A DNA stretch of 63,380 bases, counting the filler, from Octopus bimaculoides (Eukaryota), in NCBI RefSeq assembly GCF_001194135.2. It is 4 parts of 4 records of this genome, joined end to end, with 100 filler letters (N's around TTAATTAATTAA, not from the genome) between each part and the next. Parts side by side here need not be neighbours in the genome. Positions count along the whole stretch, not along the records: positions 31,891 to 43,970 come from NC_068988.1; positions 44,071 to 56,004 come from NC_069000.1; 2 more parts are not named here. The stretch is one strand, 5' to 3'. A program made the translations under genes and the position numbers. Of this stretch, positions 37,985-50,578 are shown in pieces (the stretch's first letter is position 1; each line of letters begins with the position of its first letter). The notes beneath the pieces were generated by a model. The model searched no databases. It worked only from the letters and a program-made list of their open reading frames with translations, and was not told where the DNA came from.

Positions 37985-38305
37985 CTTACCACTTTGATCC
38001 AGAGACAAAGTGACAATCCATGCAGTGGACGCATAACTCTTCTTCTGCTCCAAAAAAGACTAAGGTCGTTACATCTGCAAAGAAGGTGATGGTTTCAGTT
38101 TTGGTGGATGTAAAGGGTATTGTGTTTATTGACTATCTTGAAAGGGGGCACACCGTCAGTGAAGAGTACTATGCCAACTTGCTGAGGCAGTTACAAATGG
38201 CTATCGAGACCGAACGCTCATGAAAACTGACGAAAGTGAGCTTGTTTCATCTGAACAATTGCTCCAGCACACAAGTCCTTGGTTTCAATGGCTGCTGTGT
38301 GTTCT
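37985..38305 (+). pseudogene. mariner transposase catalytic-domain remnant
   Basis: APKKTKVVTSAKKVMVSVLVDVKGIVFIDYLERGHTVSEEYYANLLRQL...LFH; stop codon present. Confidence 0.9.
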
Positions 38306-38558
38306 CAAGAAAAAAAATCTCAACAAACGCCAGCGATTGCTGAGATTTTTTTCTTCTTGAGAATACACTCATCGTGGTAAGGCGATTTGACGTCTATTTT
38401 TAGCATATAGGAATCCACTTTAGTGGTCATTCCTTTTATTAACTGTAATATAATTTTTAAATCTTCGGATTTTTTTTTTTTTAATATGCTAGACCACTGA
38501 TTTAAATTAATGTTAATTGATAGATATCAATTTCTACCCTTATTATTTAATTTTTATA

Positions 38559-38788
38559 TATAAACATAATTAAGGGATCAGCAAACAGTTGCTTCACCAC
38601 ATACCGAAGTTCAGAAATAGCAGCTAAAAAGCTGAGACTCCAACAGATAGCATTACTTGTAACTTCTTGTTTTACCTTTGTGAGTTACAAGTAATGCTAT
38701 CTGTTGGAGTCTCAGCTTTTTAGCTGCTATTTCTGAACTTCGGTATGTGGTGAAGCAACTGTTTGCTGATCCCTTAATTATGTTTATA
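38559..38788. repeat. Perfect 106-bp inverted repeat with 18-nt loop
   Basis: 38559-38664 is the reverse complement of 38683-38788; no mismatch found by eye. Confidence 0.95.
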
Positions 38789-39042
38789 AATGTATAAGAA
38801 CTTTTAAATAAGTTCTCCACCGATAATGGTGTTTACANNNNNNNNNNNNNNNNNNNNNNNNNNNNNNNNNNNNNNNNNNNNNNNNNNNNNNNNNNNNNNN
38901 NNNNNNNNNNNNNNNNNNNNNNNNNNNNNNNNNNNNNNNNNNNNNNNNNNNNNNNNNNNNNNNNNNNNNNNNNNNNNNNNNNAAAATTATTAATTGTTAA
39001 TTTATTAATAAATTAATAAATTGATAAACCTTTACCCTTTTA

Positions 39043-39082
<40 letters not shown>

Positions 39083-39651
39083 CATTTATAGAGATGAATA
39101 TCACGATATTAACATTGGAGCTACATTCAGGAATTTATTTATTCATTGTTCTAATTCTGTTTACCTACTCTATCATATCTCCAATCAACCTGTAAACCCC
39201 TCACCCAAACATATAACAATATAAATCATAAACTGCAACATTCAGTCTGCAATAATGAATCCATAAACATAAAATATCCAAAGGTATATTTTTACTCTGG
39301 AGATATACTCAGGTCATATAAATTTAATATTTACTAAGTATTAATTGAAACAGCTGTAAGAGGTGATGATTAATTTGCTGTTAATAAGAAGAAATTATTA
39401 ACTTCCCAATCTCCATTTTCTTTTTCTTCTTTTATATGAATAAAAACTATGTTTTTATATATATGCCTATTATTTTAGGGAAATTAATTCCCCCAAAATA
39501 CTAGGTATTGAACCGTTTTTTCGTTGGATTAAACCATCCCTTCATGAGATTAATACAACCTCTAATCGACTGAACCAGATTTCACGCAGTTACAAAGCGA
39601 GCTTCCTAAATGCGCAGCTCTACACGAAGATACGAAGTAATTTTTTTCTAG

Positions 39652-39709
39652 TTACAAGGACAACTATTGGTTATCTCCTCGTTTGGAGGAGAGTACGAAA
39701 CCAAAATAT
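39652..39709 (+). CDS. Candidate 58-nt internal exon
   Basis: TAATTTTTTTCTAG acceptor and TAT|GTAAGT donor; all three frames open; no homology. Confidence 0.3.
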
Positions 39710-39884
39710 GTAAGTTTGACGCATCATCTGGAAACTGGAGATCTAATTTAAAATGTGCTGAGTAATTTGAGTGAGTTTTCACTGCTATTACTAGAACAGT
39801 TTAAACGACCGTGTACAGTATCCTGTATTGTCTCCTTGTGAACATCCTTTGAAGATCGCCTCTAATCATAAACCATACAATCTC

Positions 39885-40100
39885 AATTTGATTTCAGTTG
39901 CAGCTAAGGAACTACAAAATTGGTTTCAAATTTTGGCACAAGACCAACAATTTGGGGGGAGGGGTATGACTATTACATTAACATCTGTGCTCAACTGGTA
40001 CTTATTTTATCAACCTCGAAAAGATGAAAGGCAAAGTTGACCTCAGCTGAATTTGAACTCAGAACTTTAAGACGGACGATATGCCGCTAAGTATTTTACC
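39885..40100 (-). mobile_element. SINE family A
   Basis: Reverse complement of the family A core and tail. Confidence 0.8.
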
Positions 40101-40459
40101 CGACTTTTTACCTGCCAGTTCCAACTTGACACCTTATCCACTCGGTCATTACAAGTCCTGTTGCTACGTCAGTCGTTTTATTTTTATGGACTTTGTCAAG
40201 CAGACGTGAATAAGCAAGAATTCAATACTGAAGTATTTATTTATTTATTCATTTATTTATGTATTTATTACTTAAAGTACAACCCATGAGAAATGGTTAA
40301 TTAAGCGATAGCATTTTCATGGAATTTTCATAATTAAATCAGTCTGTATTTTGTAAAGAGTTTACTGAAATCTTTACATGTATACCATTTTCTTTTTCTG
40401 AGCGAAACGAACACCAACACATTCGTAATAAACACAGTTAATGAAAGAATTTTCGCTTG

Positions 40460-40522
<63 letters not shown>

Positions 40523-41389
40523 CAGGCGGGAAAGAGGGAAACAGAGAAATTGAGTCAAAGGGATCAAGTCTTAGATATTTTATAGACGTTTCTTGAATAT
40601 AACATTGAAGATTCTAATATCTGACACATTCGAGTTAAATTTTCGCTTGACTGATTTTCATATAAAGTTATTAAAAAAAGAAATTTTATTGCTATCCTAT
40701 CTTAATAATTACCCATGTTTTCAAGTGTCATAGTTAGAGTTGGGTGGAAGCGTTATAGGCCAATTTTTGTAGCGACAAGCATTTTTTAAAGGATAAACAT
40801 ATAAATGTACTTGTGTGTGGTGTGTGAGGAGCTTGGTGATCCCTCATAAGTCATTGGATTGCTAAATTGCAACTATAATATGTCTAAAGCAAGTCAATGT
40901 GATGGAGCTCGTCCTAGTTTGAGCTGCCGCCGCAAGAGAGATGGAACTCAACATTCGTCAGTGTTAAATACTCGTCAATTTTACACTATAGCTGCTACGT
41001 ACAATAGTGAAGTGTCCCTGTCCCTGTGCTGTAGGGACAGGGATATTTACAAAGGAGTATCCCGATCCATTTAATTTATTACTGACTTGCACATATGCAC
41101 AACACATGCATTGAGACATATCTTCATATCTATCGTCTCACGGTCGTATAATTCACCACTATAAGCAAACAGACATTTCGTAATCTTGCAGCGTTAGGAT
41201 AAATTCACCTCGCGGGTAACATGATTGTAATATACGGGTAGCTTATCCGTTTAACATCATCGCAATCTGGAATGAGAACTGATTCATTGAACCATAAAAG
41301 TAATGATATTTCGTGCAATTTGGAAATGGGAACAAAGTTAGATATCAAAATATTAGTTCTAATACATATATATTGCAAATCTTACAGGT

Positions 41390-41605
41390 TGGTTTCAAAT
41401 CTGGGCACAAGACCAGCAATTTCAAGGAAGTGATTTGTCGATTACATCAACCACTGTGTTCAACTGGTATTTATTTTATTGACCCCAAAAGGAAGAAAGG
41501 CAATGACGACCCCGGTGGAATCTGAACTCAGAATGTAAAGACGGACAAAATACCGGTAAGCATTTTGCCCGGTACGCAAATGATTCTGCAAGCGATCCGC
41601 CTTAC
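41390..41605 (-). mobile_element. SINE family A
   Basis: Reverse complement of the family A head, core and tail. Confidence 0.8.
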
Positions 41606-41848
41606 CAAGCTTACATATTAACATTATAACATATAACATATAATATATATGAGTGAGTGAACAAACGAATGAAAATAGCATTCGATACATTTGATGGGAT
41701 TTACATATACTTTAAATAATAGTTTGACTCAGTTCCACATGACCTCGAGTTTCGCGGACGCGTAGGACACACCGTCTCAGCGGATACGCGCCCACGAAAG
41801 TTTAAGTCACGAGGAGTTGGATGAAACTGTTATCTTACACACACACAA

Positions 41849-41894
<46 letters not shown>

Positions 41895-42338
41895 ACAAAA
41901 CACAAAACACACTTGTGCATATATACAAATATGTGAGTGTGTGTGTAGGTATGTATGTACATATACATGTACGTATGTATGTGTGAGAGGGAGAATGAGC
42001 TTGAATATCTGTGTGTGTGTATATATATATATGTCTGTGTATGTATGTATGTATGTATGTATGTATGTATGTATGTATGTATGTATGTGTGTATTAATAA
42101 ACGCGAAATTCTGCTTGTCTGGAACTCCTATATCTAAGTCTACATTTGCTCTGCATAGACATATTGTACCTTTTTGGAATCAAGATGATCTTCTGTATTA
42201 GGATCTGATTTAAAAGTATTTGAGTTGCTATTTTTAGGAGGTAAAGCTTGGCTGATTCACGCTATCTTGGTTGGTGTTTGTCAGATGACGTCAGAGATCA
42301 AGGGGAAGATAAATGACATTCGCTTCGTTAATTTTTCG

Positions 42339-42586
42339 TCGTGAACTTAACGTGCAAGTGATGAGCATTCTACAGACGCACGTACCCTTAACATAGTTCT
42401 CAGGGAGATTCAGTATGACACAGAATGTGACAAGACCGGCCATTTGAAATACAGGTACTATTCATTTTTGCCAGCTGAGTGGACTGGAGCGACATGAACT
42501 CAAGTGTCTTGTTCAAGAACACACCTCATCACTAGGAATTGATTGGATCAACTGGAACCCTCGCCGTCGCAAACGACGGAGTACCA
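42339..42586. mobile_element. Rearranged SINE: inverted H2/T1 5' segment joined to a sense T1 3' end
   Basis: 42339-42540 is antisense to head H2 plus mid-T1; 42541-42586 is the sense T1 terminus. Confidence 0.8.
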
Positions 42587-42598
42587 GTTTACACGCAC

Positions 42599-42633
<35 letters not shown>

Positions 42634-43249
42634 NNNNNNNNNNNNNNNNNNNNNNNNNNNNNNNNNNNNNNNNNNNNNNNNNNNNNNNNNNNNNNNNNNN
42701 NNNNNNNNNNNNNNNNNNNNNNNNNNNNNNNNNNNNNNNNNNNNNNNNNNNNNNNNNNNNNNNNNNNNNNNNNNNNNNNNNNNNNNNNNNNNNNNNNNNN
42801 NNNNNNNNNNNNNNNNNNNNNNNNNNNNNNNNNNNNNNNNNNNNNNNNNNNNNNNNNNNNNNNNNNNNNNNNNNNNNNNNNNNNNNNNNNNNNNNNNNNN
42901 NNNNNNNNNNNNNNNNNNNNNNNNNNNNNNNNNNNNNNNNNNNNNNNNNNNNNNNNNNNNNNNNNNNNNNNNNNNNNNNNNNNNNNNNNNNNNNNNNNNN
43001 NNNNNNNNNNNNNNNNNNNNNNNNNNNNNNNNNNNNNNNNNNNNNNNNNNNNNNNNNNNNNNNNNNNNNNNNNNNNNNNNNNNNNNNNNNNNNNNNNNNN
43101 NNNNNNNNNNNNNNNNNNNNNNNNACTTACCACACAGCCACTCCTGCGCCATATATATATATATATATATTCTTTTATTGTCTTATTATCTTATCATTTT
43201 CACCTCACAGCTGTGGCCATGCTGGGGTACCGCCGTTTTGTTATTATTG

Positions 43250-43830
43250 AGACCCCCGCTCGCTATCCTCATCGGCGCCTCTTGTCGCAAGGTAGGTTCA
43301 TCTGGGGCCTCGACAGGAAGAGTTCCAGTTTTTATACGAAAACACCTACATCCACTTTGTGTAGGTCCCTCAGGATCTTTGGGAGAATATTAAAAAGCTG
43401 TGGGCCCCTGAAACCCAGGCTGTTACAGTAATTGGTCCTGAAGCGCGACGGCAGTGTTGGGATCTTTGGCACTGTGCAGTGTCGATCCGTTCTGGTATTT
43501 CTGTAGCTTTGAGTGCCAAAGTCTGGAACAATCTCTTCCAGGATATTCCAGATGTATACTACTGCATGTCTCTCCCGCCTTCGCCCCAAGGATTAGTGTC
43601 TTAGCTGTTTCAGCCTTTCCAAGTAGCTGAGCTATTGCAATGAGACTATCTTCTTTGTGAAGCTTCGCTGGATTGCTTCAGGTCCACTGTTAATTTTACA
43701 CTGTACAATGATCATAACGGGGAGCAGAAGGCCAGGCGGTTGAGGATGTATGTACTCCAGAGGACCATCATAATTCCCTTCTCTCTGGTTCTGAAAGCTC
43801 TCAACCGTCTGCACTTCGTCGCCATCTTGG
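43250..43830 (-). mobile_element. CR1/L2-like LINE 3' portion (different subfamily)
   Basis: LRAFRTREKGIMMVLWSTYIL.RLAFCSPL, EAIQRSFTKKI, RRRERHAVVYIWNILE, NSLGFRGPQLFNILP. Confidence 0.85.
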
Positions 43831-45052
43831 TAATATATATATTCTGAATTTTTATTATGATTAGTTCCGCTCCAATATGGCTATTCAAGTAATGTACTGT
43901 CTGCAATAGCTGTAACATAGAAACGAAACATATAGCTAATAAAATATATATACATATATATATATATATANNNNNNNNNNNNNNNNNNNNNNNNNNNNNN
44001 NNNNNNNNNNNNNNTTAATTAATTAANNNNNNNNNNNNNNNNNNNNNNNNNNNNNNNNNNNNNNNNNNNNGAGAGATAGAGTGAGAGAGACTGAGAGAGG
44101 GAGAGAGTGAAGAGTGAGGGTGTGTGAGGAAGAGAAGGGTAGCTAATTGTCAATGAACGAAGCGACACACACACACAAACACACACAAGCACACACACAC
44201 ATATACTCATTCATACATACATACACACACACACACATGCATACAGAGAAGCAGATAGACAGACAGACAGACATACAAACAGACCCACACATTTAGTTAG
44301 AGAATAAATTTATATTCAAACGTTTATGCGTACACTCACACACACACACACACACAAGCATACATAGCGAGATATACACATGCTCACTAAAACACATGGA
44401 CACACACACACACATACAAACACACACACACACACATGCATACAGACATACAGATAGACATACATACAAACAGACAGGCCCATACATTTAGTTAGAGAAT
44501 AAATTTATATTCAAAAGAGTAAACGTTTATGCGTACACTCACACACACACAAGCATACATAGCAAGATATACACATGCTCACTAAAACACATGGACACAC
44601 ACACACACATACATATACACACACACACACACACACACACNNNNNNNNNNTGTGTGTGTGTGCATGCGTGAGGAAAAGAGTGCATGTGTGTTAAAGAGAG
44701 AGAGAGAGAGGGAGAGTTTGTGATAGTGAAAGGAGAGAATATGGAAGAGAAAGAATAAGAGAGATGTAGTTTGTATGCGTATGTGTGAGTGTGTGCAACA
44801 GAAATATATGAGTGCGTGTTGTGTTTGTGCGTGCGTGTGTGTGTACATGAGAGAGAGAGAGAGAGGGAGAGAGAGAAAGGGAGAGAGAGTGAAAGATTAA
44901 GAGGGGAAAAATGGAGAGAGAGAAAATGAAGTAACAGGAAAAAAATGAATGTGTGAGATGGTCTCTCGGAAGGATTTGATGATGTGTGTGTGAACGGTGA
45001 ATATAGGAAGACGAAGAGAGAGAAATACAGCGAGCTAGATAAGAAGTTTAGA

Positions 45053-45093
<41 letters not shown>

Positions 45094-46022
45094 NNNNNNN
45101 NNNNNNNNNNNNNNNNNNNNNNNNNNNNNNNNNNNNNNNNNNNNNNNNNNNNNNNNNNNNNNNNNNNNNNNNNNNNNNNNNNNNNNNNNNNNNNNNNNNN
45201 NNNNNNNNNNNNNNNNNNNNNNNNNNNNNNNNNNNNNNNNNNNNNNNNNNNNNNNNNNNNNNNNNNNNNNNNNNNNNNNNNNNNNNNNNNNNNNNNNNNN
45301 NNNNNNNNNNNNNNNNNNNNNNNNNNNNNNNNNNNNNNNNNNNNNNNNNNNNNNNNNNNNNNNNNNNNNNNNNNNNNNNNNNNNNNNNNNNNNNNNNNNN
45401 NNNNNNNNNNNNNNNNNNNNNNNNNNNNNNNNNNNNNNNNNNNNNNNNNNNNNNNNNNNNNNNNNNNNNNNNNNNNNNNNNNNNNNNNNNNNNNNNNNNN
45501 NNNNNNNNNNNNNNNNNNNNNNNNNNNNNNNNNNNNNNNNNNNNNNNNNNNNNNNNNNNNNNNNNNNNNNNNNNNNNNNNNNNNNNNNNNNNNNNNNNNN
45601 NNNNNNNNNNNNNNNNNNNNNNNNNNNNNNNNNNNNNNNNNNNNNNNNNNNNNNNNNNNNNNNNNNNNNNNNNNNNNNNNNNNNNNNNNNNNNNNNNNNN
45701 NNNNNNNNNNNNNNNNNNNNNNNNNNNNNNNNNNNNNNNNNNNNNNNNNNNNNNNNNNNNNNNNNNNNNNNNNNNNNNNNNNNNNNNNNNNNNNNNNNNN
45801 NNNNNNNNNNNNNNNNNNNNNNNNNNNNNNNNNNNNNNNNNNNNNNNNNNNNNNNNNNNNNNNNNNNNNNNNNNNNNNNNNNNNNNNNNNNNNNNNNNNN
45901 NNNNNNNNNNNNNNNNNNNNNNNNNNNNNNNNNNNNNNNNNNNNNNNNNNNNNNNNNNNNNNNNNNNNNNNNNNNNNNNNNNNNNNNNNNNNNNNNNNNN
46001 NNNNNNNNNNNNNNNNNNNNNN

Positions 46023-46143
46023 TGAGAGGGGCGTTGGCGTGGGCGGCGATTCTTCTGAGGAGCGGAACGTCGGAGCAACCGTTGTCGTCGGAGTATTTTC
46101 GAATCGCGGCGGAGATTGTAGCAGCTACCACATCACCACCACC

Positions 46144-46177
<34 letters not shown>

Positions 46178-46775
46178 TCGTCATCACCATCATGATCATC
46201 GTCGTCATCACCATCATCGTCGTCGTCGTCGTCGTCGTGTCACTGTCGTTGTCATCGTCAGCACCATTAGTGTAGCCACCGTCGCAGACATTATTACCAT
46301 CATCGCCAACTTCTCAGCCGTTCTTCCGTCAGCGTCACGTTCAGCATCACCGTCATCATTATCATCATCATCATCATCAGAGTTGCTGTCGCCGCGCCGC
46401 TGCTGTCGCTGCTGTTGTCGTGCTCTCCTCGACGTGTTTGCCACGCTTTCTTACAACCACCGGCCCCTCCTTCTCGTCGCTTGAAACGACAGCAACAACA
46501 ACAACAAAAACAACAAGACTGACGACAACAAAAGTGTCAATGACAACAGTGACAAGAACAAAGACGAAGACGACGACGACAGAAAGAAGGACAACAACAA
46601 CAATAACAACAACAATAGGACGGAGAAGAAAAGCGATACCAGGAATAAGACTAATTAACAACAACAATTACAAGAACCACAACAACAACAACAGCAACAA
46701 CATCTCAAAGAAGTGTTACCGTGATCATCAATCTTAACTACCAGCCACATCGGATTTAGTATTAACAGCATCACC
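46023..46775. repeat. GC/CpG-rich triplet-repeat island (CAC/CAT/CGT/CAA)
   Basis: Mixed trinucleotide tracts with unique GC-rich spacers, bounded by gaps. A similar tract lies at 47632-48154. Confidence 0.8.
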
Positions 46776-47720
46776 NNNNNNNNNNNNNNNNNNNNNNNNN
46801 NNNNNNNNNNNNNNNNNNNNNNNNNNNNNNNNNNNNNNNNNNNNNNNNNNNNNNNNNNNNNNNNNNNNNNNNNNNNNNNNNNNNNNNNNNNNNNNNNNNN
46901 NNNNNNNNNNNNNNNNNNNNNNNNNNNNNNNNNNNNNNNNNNNNNNNNNNNNNNNNNNNNNNNNNNNNNNNNNNNNNNNNNNNNNNNNNNNNNNNNNNNN
47001 NNNNNNNNNNNNNNNNNNNNNNNNNNNNNNNNNNNNNNNNNNNNNNNNNNNNNNNNNNNNNNNNNNNNNNNNNNNNNNNNNNNNNNNNNNNNNNNNNNNN
47101 NNNNNNNNNNNNNNNNNNNNNNNNNNNNNNNNNNNNNNNNNNNNNNNNNNNNNNNNNNNNNNNNNNNNNNNNNNNNNNNNNNNNNNNNNNNNNNNNNNNN
47201 NNNNNNNNNNNNNNNNNNNNNNNNNNNNNNNNNNNNNNNNNNNNNNNNNNNNNNNNNNNNNNNNNNNNNNNNNNNNNNNNNNNNNNNNNNNNNNNNNNNN
47301 NNNNNNNNNNNNNNNNNNNNNNNNNNNNNNNNNNNNNNNNNNNNNNNNNNNNNNNNNNNNNNNNNNNNNNNNNNNNNNNNNNNNNNNNNNNNNNNNNNNN
47401 NNNNNNNNNNNNNNNNNNNNNNNNNNNNNNNNNNNNNNNNNNNNNNNNNNNNNNNNNNNNNNNNNNNNNNNNNNNNNNNNNNNNNNNNNNNNNNNNNNNN
47501 NNNNNNNNNNNNNNNNNNNNNNNNNNNNNNNNNNNNNNNNNNNNNNNNNNNNNNNNNNNNNNNNNNNNNNNNNNNNNNNNNNNNNNNNNNNNNNNNNNNN
47601 NNNNNNNNNNNNNNNNNNNNNNNNNNNNNNNACCACCACCACCACCATCGTCATCGCCATTATCAATGCTATCGGTAACTATTAACCACAAGAAACCGCA
47701 GCATTAACTGAACAACACCT

Positions 47721-47765
<45 letters not shown>

Positions 47766-49079
47766 AACGATAAATACAATACCGAAACCACTGGCACTAA
47801 GTATAACACCACCATCACTACCACCACCTGCATCATCATCATCATCGTCGTCGTCATCATCATCATCACCATCATCACTACCACCACCTGCATCATCATC
47901 ATCATCATTATTATCAACGAGAACAACATTATTAGAATAGCAACAGTGTTAAATATCCATTCCTTCCTCAGCATCACCATCCTCCTCATCATCTGCCATC
48001 ATCATCATCATCATCATAATCAGCAGCAGCAGCAGTAGCAGCAGCAGCAACATTGTCATCATCAGCATTATAACCGGCATCAAAAAGTTCACGACCATCC
48101 CTACCGTCGACACCACCACCACCTCTGACCACCACCACCACCACCACCACCACCNNNNNNNNNNNNNNNNNNNNNNNNNNNNNNNNNNNNNNNNNNNNNN
48201 NNNNNNNNNNNNNNNNNNNNNNNNNNNNNNNNNNNNNNNNNNNNNNNNNNNNNNNNNNNNNNNNNNNNNNNNNNNNNNNNNNNNNNNNNNNNNNNNNNNN
48301 NNNNNNNNNNNNNNNNNNNNNNNNNNNNNNNNNNNNNNNNNNNNNNNNNNNNNNNNNNNNNNNNNNNNNNNNNNNNNNNNNNNNNNNNNNNNNNNNNNNN
48401 NNNNNNNNNNNNNNNNNNNNNNNNNNNNNNNNNNNNNNNNNNNNNNNNNNNNNNNNNNNNNNNNNNNNNNNNNNNNNNNNNNNNNNNNNNNNNNNNNNNN
48501 NNNNNNNNNNNNNNNNNNNNNNNNNNNNNNNNNNNNNNNNNNNNNNNNNNNNNNNNNNNNNNNNNNNNNNNNNNNNNNNNNNNNNNNNNNNNNNNNNNNN
48601 NNNNNNNNNNNNNNNNNNNNNNNNNNNNNNNNNNNNNNNNNNNNNNNNNNNNNNNNNNNNNNNNNNNNNNNNNNNNNNNNNNNNNNNNNNNNNNNNNNNN
48701 NNNNNNNNNNNNNNNNNNNNNNNNNNNNNNNNNNNNNNNNNNNNNNNNNNNNNNNNNNNNNNNNNNNNNNNNNNNNNNNNNNNNNNNNNNNNNNNNNNNN
48801 NNNNNNNNNNNNNNNNNNNNNNNNNNNNNNNNNNNNNNNNNNNNNNNNNNNNNNNNNNNNNNNNNNNNNNNNNNNNNNNNNNNNNNNNNNNNNNNNNNNN
48901 NNNNNNNNNNNNNNTATATATATATATATGTCAATTTAAATAATAAGGGTGAAAAATTGAATATTAATTTAATATCAATTTAAAACCAGTGGCCTAGCAT
49001 ATATATGTATATATATGTGTGTGTGTGTATATATATGGGTATATGGGTATGTATGCATGTATGTATGTATGTATGTATG

Positions 49080-49118
<39 letters not shown>

Positions 49119-50558
49119 TTATCTATCTATCTATCTGCAATAGCGTGTTTATCGGCACCATTGTTCAAAATACACACTTCAACAATAACATAACCATATT
49201 GTTATCCACCTTGTTCTAAAAGTGTTTTCGCTCTCTTTCCCACCCCTTGGTACTAGTGTTTCCTACCAAAACCTTGTTTGTTTGTTTTTCAATAACTTCT
49301 ACAAGACCATGAGAATCAAATCTCCTTCCGGTTCATTTTGTACACGTTCTAATTTGTTGTTGTTGTTGTTGTTGAGTGTGTGTATGTACATACTGATATG
49401 TCTGTGTCCGTGTGTGTTATTTATTGTTTTTATATATTGTTATCAAAACTTTAAAAACTATTCATAAAAAATTTTATTCCCATTTTCTTACATGTATTCT
49501 ATCCGTTATCAACCCGCTTAAATTTTTTTATATTTTGCATGCGTTTTTTTCAATTATTAACATTGTATTTTATCTATTTCAATAACTTTCCTACGGATGC
49601 TCAAATTATTATGGATACACGTCTAAAAAAATGTCTTATCTCTCTCCAAACGTTTATGTTTACAAAACTAACTCAACAAGTTTTTGACGCGCAATTTCAA
49701 AACATCTAATCGTTGGATCTCACCTGTTTACCAGACTAAATCGTTTCTTTAATACAGATACATTTTCCGCATAATAAAGACACCAGAGAAGAGATATCTC
49801 TTCGATTTTATATGTTATAAAAAGTTCAATCATTATTTCTACAACTACTACAAATTTTGCATATATTTTCTGCTTATTTCTACAAGTTTACTACTTGTCG
49901 ATATTTGCCACGTTATGTATGTATATATGTGTGTGTTTGAATGAGTGTGTGTTTGTGTGTGTGTGCATGCCTATATATGCATGTATGCATCATAAATACA
50001 CGCCTTTCAAAAATATTTCTACCCGATTTCCAACCCTTATTTATTTATTTATTTATTTATTTATTTGATATTTCAACAAGTTTTCTGAACGCGTTCTCTA
50101 TCTTCTCCGCATTTATACATTCTATCCAGCAGAACACTGCAATAGCTGTAAATGTTAATGCATTAGCCGTCAGTAAGCACGCACGCAAACACACACACAC
50201 ACACACAACCACATACGCACTAACACACATACATCCAAGTAGATACACGTACACACATTCATGCATTGAAAAGTATATGTGTGAGTGTGTATGTGTGTAA
50301 GTGCATGCGTGTGTCTGTTGGCGCGCGGGTATTTATACGCATGTATTTGTATATGAATATATATGTCTGCATGTATCTATAGATGATGAAACGAAAGATC
50401 AAATGAGAGAATGTGAGACAAGTAAGTGTCAACCAGAGAGAATGACCTGTTAGCTTGGCTGACTTCGACACGCATGCACGCGCGAACACATTCATGCACG
50501 CGCTAACACACAAGACGAGTAAGTAGAAGAGAGAAAGTTAATGTAGCAGCAAACCTAC

Positions 50559-50578
50559 CTGCGAATCACATCTTACCA
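50559..50578 (-). other. Candidate 20-nt micro-exon
   Basis: Long T-tract + CAAG acceptor, TGGTAAGATGTGATTCGCAG, donor GTAGGT; one frame open (xVRCDSQ) ending in phase 0. Confidence 0.3.

Noticed and set aside
44015-44026. TTAATTAATTAA island
   Set aside because: Same synthetic linker.
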